Positions 1-11,858 of a stretch of DNA of 64,000 bases are shown one piece after another. The stretch is taken from NCBI GenBank assembly GCA_965178125.1, contig OZ237751.1, forward strand, positions 868,001-932,000, in the 5' to 3' direction. The position numbers and the translations under genes are program-made. Every line of letters starts with the position of its first letter. The first letter of the stretch is position 1. The DNA comes from Bilabrum cf. latius. Its lineage: Eukaryota. The notes below the pieces were generated by a model that was not told the origin of the DNA, did not search any database, and saw nothing but the letters and a program-made list of their open reading frames with translations.

Positions 1-1453
1 GCCCAAGCCGGACGCCGCCTGGCTGGCTGCGGGCGGGGCCTCCTGGACCGAGTCGACTAGGCGGGCTGGGGTGGGGCGGCACGGGGGGGACTGGGCCGTG
101 CCTGCTGCGCCGGGAGTATCGGGTCACGGTGAGGTGCCGCGCGGCGCCAGCGGAACCGGCGGGAGGGCGCGGAGCAAGGGCTCAACGGCGGGATCCTCGG
201 AGGGCGGGCCGGGGTCCGTGGGGGACAGCGGCAGCGGGGGGGCGGCGGCGGGGGCGGTGCACCAGCGGGGCGTGTCTGGTACGAGCGCCGCGGGGGATAG
301 CGTGGGCGATGCGCTGGCCGTGGCGGCGCGCGCAGCCGCGTCTCCGGCCTCCCCCGCTGGATCGACGGTTGGCTCGGCATCGGCAACTGGTTCCGAAGGT
401 GGGGATCCGCCCAGGATCGCGGGGACGGACACAGGAAGGGGTGGCGAAAGTGGCACATCCAGGGAACAGCAGCAGCAGGTCGGAAAGGTCCTGTTCGAGC
501 GCCGGGGCAGGGCGGCCACGGCCCCCACGGCAGAGGGCCCGGGACTGAACCGGGACTTGCTGGAGGCGGAGGCCAGGGGGCTGGATACCTCGCTGGCCGA
601 GGCGGTGGGGGTGCACAGGGGCAGCGAGGGGGAGGTCATGGGAGTCACTTCCTTGGGAGTCACTTCTGGAGGCGGTGCTTCTGCCGAGTTTGGGGGCGGG
701 GACGATGAGACGGGCAGCGTTGGTGGCCGGTCCACCCGTGGATCGGTGCGGTCCATCTCGCCGCCCCCCGCTACGGGGGCGAGGGCCAGGGGCGTTGGGG
801 GATCCACCGGTGGATTGGAGCACGCCCACGCGAGCGCCCCTGGCCCGTCCCCCCTGCTGCACGACGGGGGTGTGCCCACCCTCCGCAAGGTCCTCCGCAA
901 GGTGAGCAAGGAGCAGCTGCTGGACGTAGAGCTAAAGTACCCCACCCACCTCGAGAGCAGCATAGGGTCCGGCAAGGCCGTCGGGGCGCGCCCATGGCCC
1001 AGGGCTGCATACCTCGCCCGGGTGCTGGCGGTGCTGCGGACGCACTGTTCCCCGACGCAGCCCGTGTTCCTCAGCTCGTTCGACTGGAAGCTGTGTGCCC
1101 TTGCGGTGGCCGCGCAGAGGGCGGGGGGGCGCAGACGGTTTCCGGTTTTGCTGCTCACGGAGGCGGGCACGGAGGTGGCCCGTGAGCCCGAGGGGCGGTC
1201 GCTGATGGCGGCGTGCGAGTTCGCCAGCGCGTGGGGCCTGCAGGGCGTGGTGACGCACTGCCGGCCGCTGCTGGCCTTCCCGGAGCTGGCTCGATGGATC
1301 CGTGGGCTGGGGCTGCGGCTGGCCTCGTTCGGCAGCCCCAACAACGGGGCGGCGGCGGTGCGAAAGCAGTTCGAGGCCGGCGTGAGCGTGGTGTGCTGCG
1401 ACCACGTGAGGGAGGTGGTGAGGCGGCTGGCGAGGGACGAGAAACGGGAGTGA
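1..1453 (+). CDS. 3' part of a glycerophosphodiester phosphodiesterase (GDPD; Gde1/GPCPD1-like); 5' end lies outside the window
   Basis: Frame is open from position 2 to TGA at 1451-1453. C-terminal motifs VPTLRKVL...LDVELKYP...FLSSFD...FPVLLLT...GLQGVV...ASFG..NN...GVSVVCCDHV match the Gde1/GPCPD1-type GDPD domain. Confidence 0.85.
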   Translation, partial: PKPDAAWLAAGGASWTESTRRAGVGRHGGDWAVPAAPGVSGHGEVPRGASGTGGRARSKGSTAGSSEGGPGSVGDSGSGGAAAGAVHQRGVSGTSAAGDSVGDALAVAARAAASPASPAGSTVGSASATGSEGGDPPRIAGTDTGRGGESGTSREQQQQVGKVLFERRGRAATAPTAEGPGLNRDLLEAEARGLDTSLAEAVGVHRGSEGEVMGVTSLGVTSGGGASAEFGGGDDETGSVGGRSTRGSVRSISPPPATGARARGVGGSTGGLEHAHASAPGPSPLLHDGGVPTLRKVLRKVSKEQLLDVELKYPTHLESSIGSGKAVGARPWPRAAYLARVLAVLRTHCSPTQPVFLSSFDWKLCALAVAAQRAGGRRRFPVLLLTEAGTEVAREPEGRSLMAACEFASAWGLQGVVTHCRPLLAFPELARWIRGLGLRLASFGSPNNGAAAVRKQFEAGVSVVCCDHVREVVRRLARDEKRE

Positions 1454-1645
1454 GCGGCGCGCCGCGTGGGATCTTCCCCGCCCCAGGAGGTGCGATAGAA
1501 TTGGTTGCGCTTCTAGCATTTGCCAACATGCGTTGTATCGCGTGCTTGAAGAAAACGGAGATTTGTTTGAAGGTTTCAGCCGCAAGGTTCCGCTGGCGGC
1601 GCCAGGCACCTGCTCGCGGCGATTGAGGTGAATCCATTCTGCCAA

Positions 1646-4600
1646 ATGCAGGCATGCTCGTAGAACCACGCAACCTATCGATCCGGTACATCGATTGGTC
1701 AGGATGGTTTTGTGACTAGCAGCGAGTTCGAATATGCATCTGTAGGCTTCGAGAACCAGCTCGAACCTCCGATTCCCGCGGTTGCATCTTTGAATTCCAG
1801 CGTGGGGATCTGCAGCGCAGACCTCTTTGAAGACGGAAGCACCTTGCTGGGTGATTCAAATGCATTTCAAGCAATAGTAAGTCGAGCAAGGAGCGGTGCT
1901 GGAGTCCGCGGGTTTGTCGTGTAGCGGCAACCTAGTCTTGCAACGCGAATCGAACGGTACGCGCGCCCCCCTCCTCTCTCTGTCCGGTCACCGCAGAAGC
2001 CTCTAGCAGTGGAAAAGACTGATTCTGGCGATGGTCTTTCCTCCAAGGAGTTGTTTGACTTGGCGGTGCCTTGGCAGCTGCGCAGGAACACCGGCCTCAC
2101 CGCGAACTGGATCGGCCGAGCCCTCTCCACCCGATTCGCCGTCCCAGCCCCTCCCAGGTACGCATGCCCCGGCGCCCGCGGACTTTGTGTGGGAGGAACA
2201 TCGGGTGACGTCGCGATCGCCGTTCCCTCGGGCAGCGCGGGCGGCATGCCCGAGCCGGTCTTCCTCCTCTCGCCGATGGCGGCGAGAGAGCGCCTCGCAC
2301 GGGCCGCAGAGGGCAGGGTGGACGGGTCCGAGCGGATTCGCATGTCCCGCGGGGTCTCTGCCTCGGAAAAGACCCTCCTCCGCAGTGCCGTGCACCGGGA
2401 GATGCTCCGAACCCCGGCCCCGCTGCGCCCGCTCGCGGCCTCTCTGGCGGCCGATTTGCCCCGGTGGGCGAGGCCCTCCTGCGCCGCGTGGACGGGGGAG
2501 GCACCCGGCGAATCCACCCTCCTGGCCGTTGGCACTGCCGGCGGGGTCCTGCTGTGGGCCTTGTCCCCGCTGCGGGGCACCTGGCTGGAGTCCGCAGCTG
2601 CCATGGCCGCTGCCGGACGCAGGCGGCGGCCGCAGGCACCCTCCGGCCTGGATGTGACGAGTATCGCCAGGAGGGGCATCGAGGCAGGGGTGATGGACGA
2701 GGAGCCCGCGGGCAGGAGGGACAGGGTGGCCGCGCTGTCGTGCGATGCACCCTCCTCCTCCTCTTCAACGGGCGGTGGCGCGGGGGGCGTGTCGGGGGGG
2801 TCGGCATCGCCCCAGGGCACTGGAGGGGGGGGGGACGAGGGTTTCTTGGCGACCCGGAGCCCTTGGGACTACCGCCCTCCGGGTGTGACGAGTGAGTCGG
2901 CGGGGCTGGGGGAGAGGGGTGACACGGTTGCCACGGTGGGCCGGCGCTGGTACCAGCAGCGAGTCCCGGTGCACCTGAGGCCCAGGCTGGTGTGCGCCAT
3001 TGGCGGATCTCTTGGCCTGGGTGCTGGTGCTGGTGGCGGCACGCGAGCGGGTGCCATTGGCCGTGATGAGGCAGCCGACTAGTCCGGGGCTCTGGTTCGG
3101 TCGGCCGTCACCGCAGTGGCATGGCTACCACTCCTCCGGGCAGCGGCCGGAAATGGTGGCGGAGGGGATGCTGGTAGCAGTGAGATCGATGGATCGGACT
3201 CGGATGGCAGCTCCAGTCCACCGGCAGGGTCTGGAGGCAGCCAAGTGGAGAACGAACGGAACCCGCTGCTACTGGCGGCGACGAGCGACGGGTGCATCGC
3301 ACTGCTGCGCTGCCGGTGGGACTCGCGTCCTACCAGCAATACAACCAGAAGCGCTAGCGCTAGTGGCGCACCTTCGGCCGAGGCATCTGCCGGCACTGCC
3401 AGCCAGGATGCAGCTGCTGGCGCGGGTACTGGCGGTGAGGCATCCACCAGCATGACCAGCATGGTGCACAGCCAGGTGATTCTCAAGCTGAGGCAGCCGT
3501 CCGGTGGTGTAGCACGGGCCACGGCAGTGCCGCTAGATCGGCTGGAGGAACTGCAATGCAGTGCGCTGCAGGGATGGATCGGAGGCTTGTTGTCGTGGGC
3601 GGCTGGAGGCTCAGTCCAAGGCGGGTCGATCCGTGGATCCGGGGGCCCGATGCGTCTTGTGGCCGCATGCACCGCCTGCTCGTCCAGGGGCTTCTCGATC
3701 CTCCTGGTGGGCCACAGGAGGCTTTCCTCATCGGGAGATGATGCAGACGAGGAGGAGGCGGGAGGTGGAGCGGAGGGGCAGAGCCCGCGCAAGTCGAGTG
3801 CCGGCGGGCTCGGGAGGCGGATGCTGGCGGCGTACAGCGGCACTGCGCTGCACATCTCTGGTTCGTGCTCGGCGGGCGGGGCTCACGCCTGCGTGTGCCT
3901 GTCCCTCCCTGCTGTGACCAGGGGGGCGTGCGTCTCGGCTGACGTTGTTCCCTGGTGGGCTGAGGCGGTGGCGGCGCCGCACGTGGTTGCGCAAGGCCAC
4001 GGCATGTCTGTGCCTGACCGAGCCAGGCTGATGAGCGACTCGATGGGCGTGGGTGGGGGTGTGGGCGGGGTGATGGGGACAGGGATGGGCAGCGGATCAG
4101 GTGCATCGCGTGGTAGTGATGGCGCAGACCTGGGATCGTCACAGGGCATCTCGGTCCGGGCTCCGTCGGTGGTTGCAACCGGTGAGGAGGGCATCATGAG
4201 GCGAGTGCCCATCGTTAGCCTACTGCGCGCGGCTGCGGCCGCGACCGGGATTGGGGAGAAATCCACTCGTCACACCGAAGATGGCATGCATGTGGTGCTG
4301 AACACCGCCACGGAAGAGGTGCTGTCCCGATTCGTCGCGTCCGGGGGAGGCAGGCAAGACGTGCTGTGGCTCGGCAAGTTTAGTGGACAGGGTGCAGGGA
4401 GGCCGGTAGCTGCGGGCTCCAAGGCCCGCTCCTCAGCCCAGATTTCGATGGAAGACGACGATGAAGAAGCGGCGGGAGAACAAGAATATAGAGGCGGAGC
4501 GGTGCGTGGTTCTTCAGAATACGACGCGCTCGCGTCCTGCACGAGGCTGCTGGACGGTCGCCTCGGGGCACCATCCTCCTCCTCCTCCTCGCCTGCACCA

Positions 4601-7420
4601 GGGCCCAGGGAACACATGTCGAGGTCATGGGCATTGCCTTCGCTAGGGGACGCACTGGGCGCGCCCCCACCCGCCCTGACAGGAGCTGCCGCTTCGCCCA
4701 CGGGGCACGTGCTGTGGCGGTGGCAAGTGTACAAGCCCAGCAGCAAGGCGATGAAGACCCACCTCAAGCCAGCGGCGGCCATCCCCACTGTGCCGCTCCC
4801 ACTGGTCCTCTGCAAACGAGAGCACCCTCCCGGGGCGCGGCCCCTCAAGGGCCAGCCCACATCCACCCCCTCCTTCCTCCGACTGGCAGAGATGGGTGGG
4901 TCCGCCGAGGGGGCCATCGGCTGGGGCCCTCTGTCTGCAAGCCTGGTGGCAGGGGCGGGGCTGAGTCTAGGGGCCGCGCTGGGACGGTTCACGAAGGCCA
5001 CCACCGCCGTCGCACCGGAGCACTCGTCACACGCATGGAGCAAAGCAGGAAACTCCCGCTCGTCGTCGGGTCGCTGGCCGCTGCTGCCCCTCTCCGTGCG
5101 GGACGCCGTCCTGCCCCTGAACCACTACGCTGCCTCGGTGGCCAGGGGCATCCTGCCTGACGACGTGGAGGCCGTTGTTCCCCCGCACCTGGACGCGCAG
5201 TACTTTGCTGCGGTGCATCCGGCCTGTCTTGCGGCGGCGGTGGCCATGGGGCCCTGGATGCAGCTAGGGGGTGCCGGGGGCAGCTCCGGTGCAACGGCGA
5301 TGCGAGATGACGGAGACCATGACGAGGATGATGAGGACGATGATGACTCGGAATCAAAACGTCTCGAACCTGCGGAATGGTCCGTGGCTCAGGCGGGCCT
5401 CCACGCAGCCGTGCAGCTGCTGTACCTGTGCCCCGCAGATGCAGGCGACCTCGGGCCAAGCAGACCACCCGAAGTGCAGGAGGCAGAAGATGGGCTAGTG
5501 CCCGCCCCTTCGCACACGTTCTCGCTCATGTGGCAGGCACAGGCGGTGGCAAAGGCCGTGGGGGCGGTGAGCGCGGCTCGGCTGGCATGGGTGACCCGCC
5601 TGCTCGAGGCGTTCGCGGCGCGGTTCGGTTCCGCTAGCTCTCGATCCACCGGTGGATCAGGCAGCGGCACAGACGACGATGCAGGCGACAGTGGTACGCT
5701 GTCCCCTTGCGAGCTAGATCTGTGCGTCCTGCGGTGCGCCGTGCAGCACGCGAGGAGCTACTTGAGTCAAATAGAGGACGGGATCGACGCGGGTGGACTG
5801 GACGGTGCCACCACGGACGGGGACGACTCTAGCGGAGAGAGCGAGGAAGGTGATGGTGATGACGATGGCGATGCTACTGACCTTGGTGAAGACGAGGAAG
5901 ACGAGGAAGATGAGGAAGAGGGCATGTTGGTAGCTAGCAGAAGGCGGGGACAGTCCAAGTCCAGCGGCAAGAGCAAAGGCAAGAGCAAAGGCAAAGGGGC
6001 GACACGCGGGGGCACCTCGCGGGCTCGTGGCACCCAGCCGGCGTACCTGGCGTACGAGAAGGAAGGTGAGCATCGCACTGCGGTGCAGCAGGCCTTCAAT
6101 GACATCGACGCGTTCCACACGCTGCCCAAGCCGAGCGACCTGATGCCGCCAGTGGCGGTGGCCAGGCTCCGGCATGCCGTGGATGCCGCGCTAAGCGCGG
6201 TAGCGGGGTGCTGCGGTGCACTGGTCAAAGCAGCGCTTCGCCGCGTTGCTCGGATTGCTGACGACGATGACACGCGGGTCACGATCCGGGGCCTGCTGAT
6301 CGGCGCCTTGAGCAAGGAGGACGCATGGCGAAGGAGAGAGGTGGACGGGGAGGTGGTGGGCGGGGGCTGGCTGCAGCGCTTGGCCTAGATCCAGGGCGTG
6401 CTCCCCTGCAGCAAGTCCACGGTGGATCGATTCTCGCCGGAAGGACAAGAAGGATAGGGAGGGAGCGAAGCGGGAGCGGGATCAGCCGCTGGCTAGGGCG
6501 GACAGGCGTGGCTTGAGCGCGCTGGCAAGAAGGGCATCACTGGACTCGCGCTGGCATCGTGGACTGCCGCTGCGGCCGCGGCGGCGATGCAGGCGGCTGC
6601 TGCTGCTGCAGGGATGTCGCAGGGTTATCTGGACGGAGCTGCCTCTTCAGCGGTGTCCAAGCCGAGCTCGGGGAGCAGTGGGCATAGTGAGCCTGAGGAA
6701 AGTCCGTTGGGTGATGCTTCGGCCGAGCTGCTAGAGGCGGGCGGTGAGGAGGCCTGGGCAATTGACCGGTCTACTATGGCGGTTGAATTGGCCGGCATGG
6801 TTGCCGCTCTGGACGAGGACGATGCGACGGACTCAGGGGGCGGCGCAGGACAGGGGCGCTCTGCCGCCACTGCAGCCGCTGCTGCTGCCATGGGCATGGA
6901 TAGCGACGAGGATGAGGATGAGGATGCGGACGAGGGCGAGGACAGGGCATCGGGAGGCCTCTCAGACGTGTTCGGCGTCGATCGCGGCGACGGCCTGCTG
7001 ATGCCTCCAGTGTTCCTGGCTCCGAGCGCCAGCGACGGCGAGGCAATCCTGCGCATGCTGGCTGACCCGAACATCCGATCCCCGGAGGCGGATGGCCACG
7101 GGCTGGCAGGCCTGGAGCGGCGGTGCGCCGCTACCATGCTGCCTCTGCCCGAGGGTCGCGTGCTTCGCTGCAGCTGCTGCAGGGCCGACGTCCATGCGGG
7201 GGCTTGGGGCGCAAGCTAGGGGCTGGCAGCAGTGCAAGACCTCGGGCGGGCCGTCGGGGTCAAGTCGCACTCAAAGGCATTGGACTGGGTCGGTGCGGCG
7301 CTGGCATGGCGCGGAGGTGCGACAGATGCAACCCCGAATGTGACGGAGTGCGAGCTGTGTCCAATCTGCAGCGGGGGCATGCTGGTAAGGACTGGGCCTC
7401 AAATTTAGGAAGCTGATTGA
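1646..7420 (+). CDS. ~1924-aa protein with WD40-like N-terminal/central strands and a C-terminal Cys zinc finger; possibly TFIIIC subunit delta (GTF3C4/Tfc8)-like. Requires TAG read-through
   Basis: Track ORFs 1712-1924, 2009-3082, 3116-6388 and 6587-7219 share one frame and are separated only by TAG. First ATG at 1646, first TGA at 7418. WD-like segments: LLAVGTAGGVLLW, VTAVAWLP, LLLAATSDGCIALL. The C-terminal RCAAT...RCSCC...CPIC appears only on reading through TAG. Family identity is inference. Confidence 0.6.
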
Positions 7421-7696
7421 CCCAACGGATCCCGGTTAGTGGAGTCGGCCTGTTTACGTCCAATTCAGATGATCCTGGTTCCAATTTGTAACCCGTAATA
7501 TTCAAACGCGACAGATCCAGGGTAAATATTTAAAACAAGGCCAGATAGAGTTGTCCGTGCAGTCAGCCGTCCCAGGCTGGGATCCGAAACAGGGCGGTTT
7601 GTTGCAAAAACAGCAACCAGGTTGCAACTCCAACACCTGATGGAGAGTTGGAGCGCAATACGCTGTGGATCGGATCCCTAGCCCCCCCCCCACACC

Positions 7697-10600
7697 TCAG
7701 AAGTGTTTGAGCTCGCCGGTGTGCATGTCCTAGTGCGACCAGCGCAGTCCCCTCCCATTCTAAGCAATTATACCTGCCATGCCAAGCTCCTCCTCGGTCG
7801 CTTGGTCGCTCACGGCTCCCTTCTACATTGCTTGCACCTCTTTCATGGTTGCCCCGTCGAACAAGTACCCTTCCTGGCCGAAGTCCGCTGGCAGGATGCG
7901 CGGAGGTCCTCTGCTCTTCTTCATGACAGCCTCGCTCCAACCCAGCTGGTCAGCAGCGGGCTGCTCCCACCTCTGCCACGCCCTCGAGTCGACGCAGTCG
8001 CCCGTTCGCTCCGCCCATATGTCAAGGCGAGGCGCGCACGAAAAGTCCGTCGAGAACTACGAGGCTCGCTCCGCCTGCCCTTTGATTCGCTGCATCGCGT
8101 CTTCCTGCGCTGCCAGCGAGGGAACGAGCGCCCTCCCAATCGCCTCGCCCATGAGTGCGACTGCGTGGGATGGAGGGAGGTGGACGGTCCCCGCGCCGCT
8201 ACTGCGCGGCTGCCGCCCTTCGCTCCCCAGCATGCGCTTGGGATGGATGCCCAGGTGCTGCTGGTGACCCACGCCCGCGGCAGCCACCAGACCGGCGAAC
8301 CAACCTGACGTGGTGCCGTGCGGGAAGAGCTCGATCAGCTGGGTACCTCGCCCGCGCATCCAGAACGCCTAGGTGATGTCTGAGCCATGTGCCGCCACGA
8401 CGATGTCGGCAGCGTGGGCCAGGCGCACCATCTGGTCGTGCGTAAACCCGCTCATCGGCGTGAGTCTCACGTCCAGTCGGACGCGCCTGGGGACGGGCAG
8501 AGGGGAGGGCACCGGCTGCTTGGGGGGCTCGCTCGACGGCTGCTGGGACTGCTGCTCGCTGGCCCGGTCCTTGCCATTGCCAGTGCTTTGGGAATAAATG
8601 TGCCGCATAGGGCGGGGCTTGGTCGTGTCCTCGAATCCAACCATGCCGTAACTCGGCAGGTGTGCCACAGTGGAGCGACCCTTCCTACCCCTGCCCGTGC
8701 CCAGCCCCAGCGCCTCCCCGACCCAGTCGCCCACCCGCTTCGTGGATCGGTGCACAGATGCCGCTGCCCTGCCGTCGTCCCCCCTCGTGCCCTACACCCC
8801 CCACGGCTCGGCTGTGGGCAGGTTGTGCCTCTGCAGCTTCTCTCCCAGCACGGCCTGCAGAGAGGCGAGCAGTCCGCTCTGCCCGCTCTGCTTGTCCGTT
8901 GAGTAGCACCACAGCACCCTCAGGATCCGGTCAGCCGGGTCCTTGTCCCCCGCTGCCGCCAGCCTCTTCTTCCTCGTCTCCTTGATCTTCTTTGACTCAA
9001 ACGACTGCGGTTCGTTCTCGTCCTCCCAAGTCTGCAGCCTCGCCGCATTGGCGGACTTTGCCGCCGCTGCCAGCTTGGGCCCCGACTGCTCCCACTTGGA
9101 AGCGGCCTGCCTCAGTCTCTGGTCCGCCACGGTGGGCACGGCCGCCCTCCCTGCGTGAGGCACCCACAGCCAGGGCATCGATCGGAGCAGCTGCTCCTTC
9201 CCGTGCACCAGCAGAGGCACCTTGCCAGCCCCAATGAGGTGGGCCCAGGAGGTGCCCCCTTCCAGCACTAGATCGGACCACGGGGCCACACCCGCTGCGT
9301 CCCACGCCCGCTGGCGGGCCGTCGCCGCGGTGCGCGCGCGAATGTCCAGAGGAGTGTATGGGACGGGTGTCGACGGAGGCATGCCGTACACCACGGTGGA
9401 CACGCATAGAGTGCCTGGGCCCAGCCTGGGCCGAGCCCCTGCCGCGGCCGCCTGCAGGCAGCTCATCTGATCAAGGCCTGCTGACACGCCAATGTGCTTG
9501 CCCGACCACACCTAGCTTGGGGCAGGGGCGGTTGATGCTGCCGCATTTGTGGTGGTGGCCAATGTGGCGCCTCCGGTCCATGCAGACGCTAGCTGTGGGC
9601 TGCCAGGCAGCCCCGGCAGCCACGGTCCCCTCCTCTGGCCCACCCAACCCGCCTCCGCCTCCCCCGCGCCCACCAGCACCGTGTCGTGCTCCCCAAATCC
9701 ATCTGCAGGCCACAGTCCCTGCCTCCTTCCCCCTGCTCTCAGGTCCCTGAGAGGGCCCTAGCCCTCCACCAGCTGAACCAGGGTAAAGGGGCGCGGGCTG
9801 CCGAGCTCGATCCAGGCGTCGAGCGCGGGCAGGTATCCGTTGACCAGCCAGTGCCGAAGGATCCCCGGCTGGAACGGGCGTGTGACGAGCGCGACACTTC
9901 CTCCTTTGGCCAGTTGGAACTGCTCCTGCGGCCTGGCGCGGCTGTCTGGATTGAGGCCGTGCCTCTGCCTTTGCCGCAGGTACTGCTGGAGCCGTTGGTC
10001 CTCGGTACCCAGGGCCTCTGGGTGTGGCAGTGCCTGCCCTATCTCTGTCTTGCTACCAGCACTGCTGCCGCCCTTAACGCTATTGCTATTGCTACTGCTG
10101 CTGCTGCTGCTGCTGCTGCTGTTTCGGTCATTCCCGTTGCCACCCCCCGGGTCCTACTATCCAACCGCGCCAGATCCCCCGGGGCCCGGGCCCGGCCCCA
10201 CGCTTCTGCCCTGCCCCCCTCCCAATCCTCTTCCTCCTCCTCCTTCCCCTTTCCCTTCCCCTCCCAACCCCGACTCGCCGCCGTCCATCTGACCCAGCTC
10301 GTCCCTCTGACCCAGCTCGTCCCTCTGACCCAGCTCGTCCCTCTGACCCAGCTCGTCCCTCTGACCCAGCTCGTCCCTCTGACCCAGCTCGTCCCTCTGA
10401 CCCAGCTCCAGCTCTATGAGGTCCTCCACCCCTTGTTCCCTGGTCCTCTGTTCCATCGCGACGGGTGCACTAGCACTCCGAAGCTCCTGGGGAAGCGCCT
10501 GCGCATCCACCCGCAGGGGGAGGCGGCTCCTCCACGCGTACCACCCCGAGGACGAGGACGCGCGCATGTTGCCGACCGCCCCCACCGCACCGAACTCCGG

Positions 10601-11524
10601 CACGAGGCCTTGTTCGTAGGAGGCGTGTGACGACTTTAGCCACTCCTGGTGCTCCCCCTGAGCCGCGGTGCTACCATGCAGTGCAGTTGTGTCGGCTGGC
10701 GCCGCGTGGATGGGGCCGGGCAGCTGCTGCTCGGTGTTCACGGTGCCCTGCTCATCTGTGATGACGGCGCGGCCGAACACGCACAAGCGGGTGGTGTCTG
10801 CCCAACCCGGGGCATCTTTGGCGTGCCTTTCACCCGGCTGGGCGAGCTGAGCGTGCGTCGGGACCTACGCGAACCCCGGTAGCAGCGACGGTCGACCGAA
10901 CGTTCGCTCTGCCCAGGAATCGGCACAGACCGGCCGCCCGTGAATCGCCTGCAGCCCGGTTCCCCTGATTATGTCCTCCCCAATCTGGCGCAAAGTGGCC
11001 AGATGCATCCCTGGCCGGCGCCCGGTGACCGTGTCTGGCCCAGGCGGGGCGGGCTCTCCCGGGTCGGGGAGAAGCAGCGCCGGCACCGGCGACAGGCTGT
11101 GCATTCGCCAGCCTGGAATCATCTCGATCGCGTAGACGACGCAAGCCAGACAGAATAAAAACGCACAGAGAGCCAGGATTGCTGAGGGCAGCGAGGGCCA
11201 CGAATCGAGGCGCTAAAGGCAAAGCCGGCTGGTGCAAGCCCATGGTGCTTTCCAAAACTAGCGACACGGCGCCCCACTGCACGCGTGTCGAGCCCAAGCG
11301 TATAAATCAAATGAGTGCCTATGACCTAATTTTGCGATGGTGCGAATTGAGGTTGACGAGCCGTTTGGCTGATCTTGGCCGAGGCCAGCTGTTGAAATCG
11401 ATGCCGGCGCGCGCAGCTGCGGATCTGCATACCGCCCATTAGAGCCTACTTCAGTAGCATGATTGACTAAATCACTATCTGCGTTATCCCTAACTCGCCG
11501 TCTGCGGTGATCTTGCCCGTTCAT
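7697..11524 (-). CDS. Glycosyltransferase family 61 (DUF563)-like type II membrane protein, ~1275 aa, TAG read-through
   Basis: ORFs 11258-11524, 10865-11122, 10157-10786, 8792-9511, 8369-8755 and 8057-8359 are in frame and joined by TAGs, ending at TGA 7697-7699. N-terminal TM segment AILALCAFLFCLACVVYAI. The GT61 signature QMVRLAHAADIVVAAHGSDIT[TAG]AFWMRGRGTQLIELFP spans a TAG. Confidence 0.8.
10290..10406 (-). repeat. 18-bp coding tandem repeat (~6.5 copies, ELGQRD)
   Basis: Unit tgacccagctcgtccctc is repeated directly, in frame within the GT61 gene. Confidence 0.95.
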
Positions 11525-11858
11525 GCGAAACTTAGCCTGGGTGAAGGTTTTCTGGAGCCCCCTCTCAAATCAAGCCAGCAGCAGACTGGATGCAGTGTTC
11601 TACCCTTCTATGTATGGCAGCCAAGTTAGCCGGTATTTTTGAACTCCCACACGGCCGTTTGAGTAAGTAAAACTGAGCAGTTTCTCGAGCGAAGCGGCTT
11701 CTTCTCCCCTGGATTATCAGGCAATTCCGGTTTTCGGTTGTCCCGGCAGAGTAGACATAACATCAATTCCTAGTCAAATACCACTCCGATCTGAGAAATA
11801 TATAAATCCACATGGAGACAAAGCTGCGTAGAATCCGCATACACAGTCCCGCACTCGA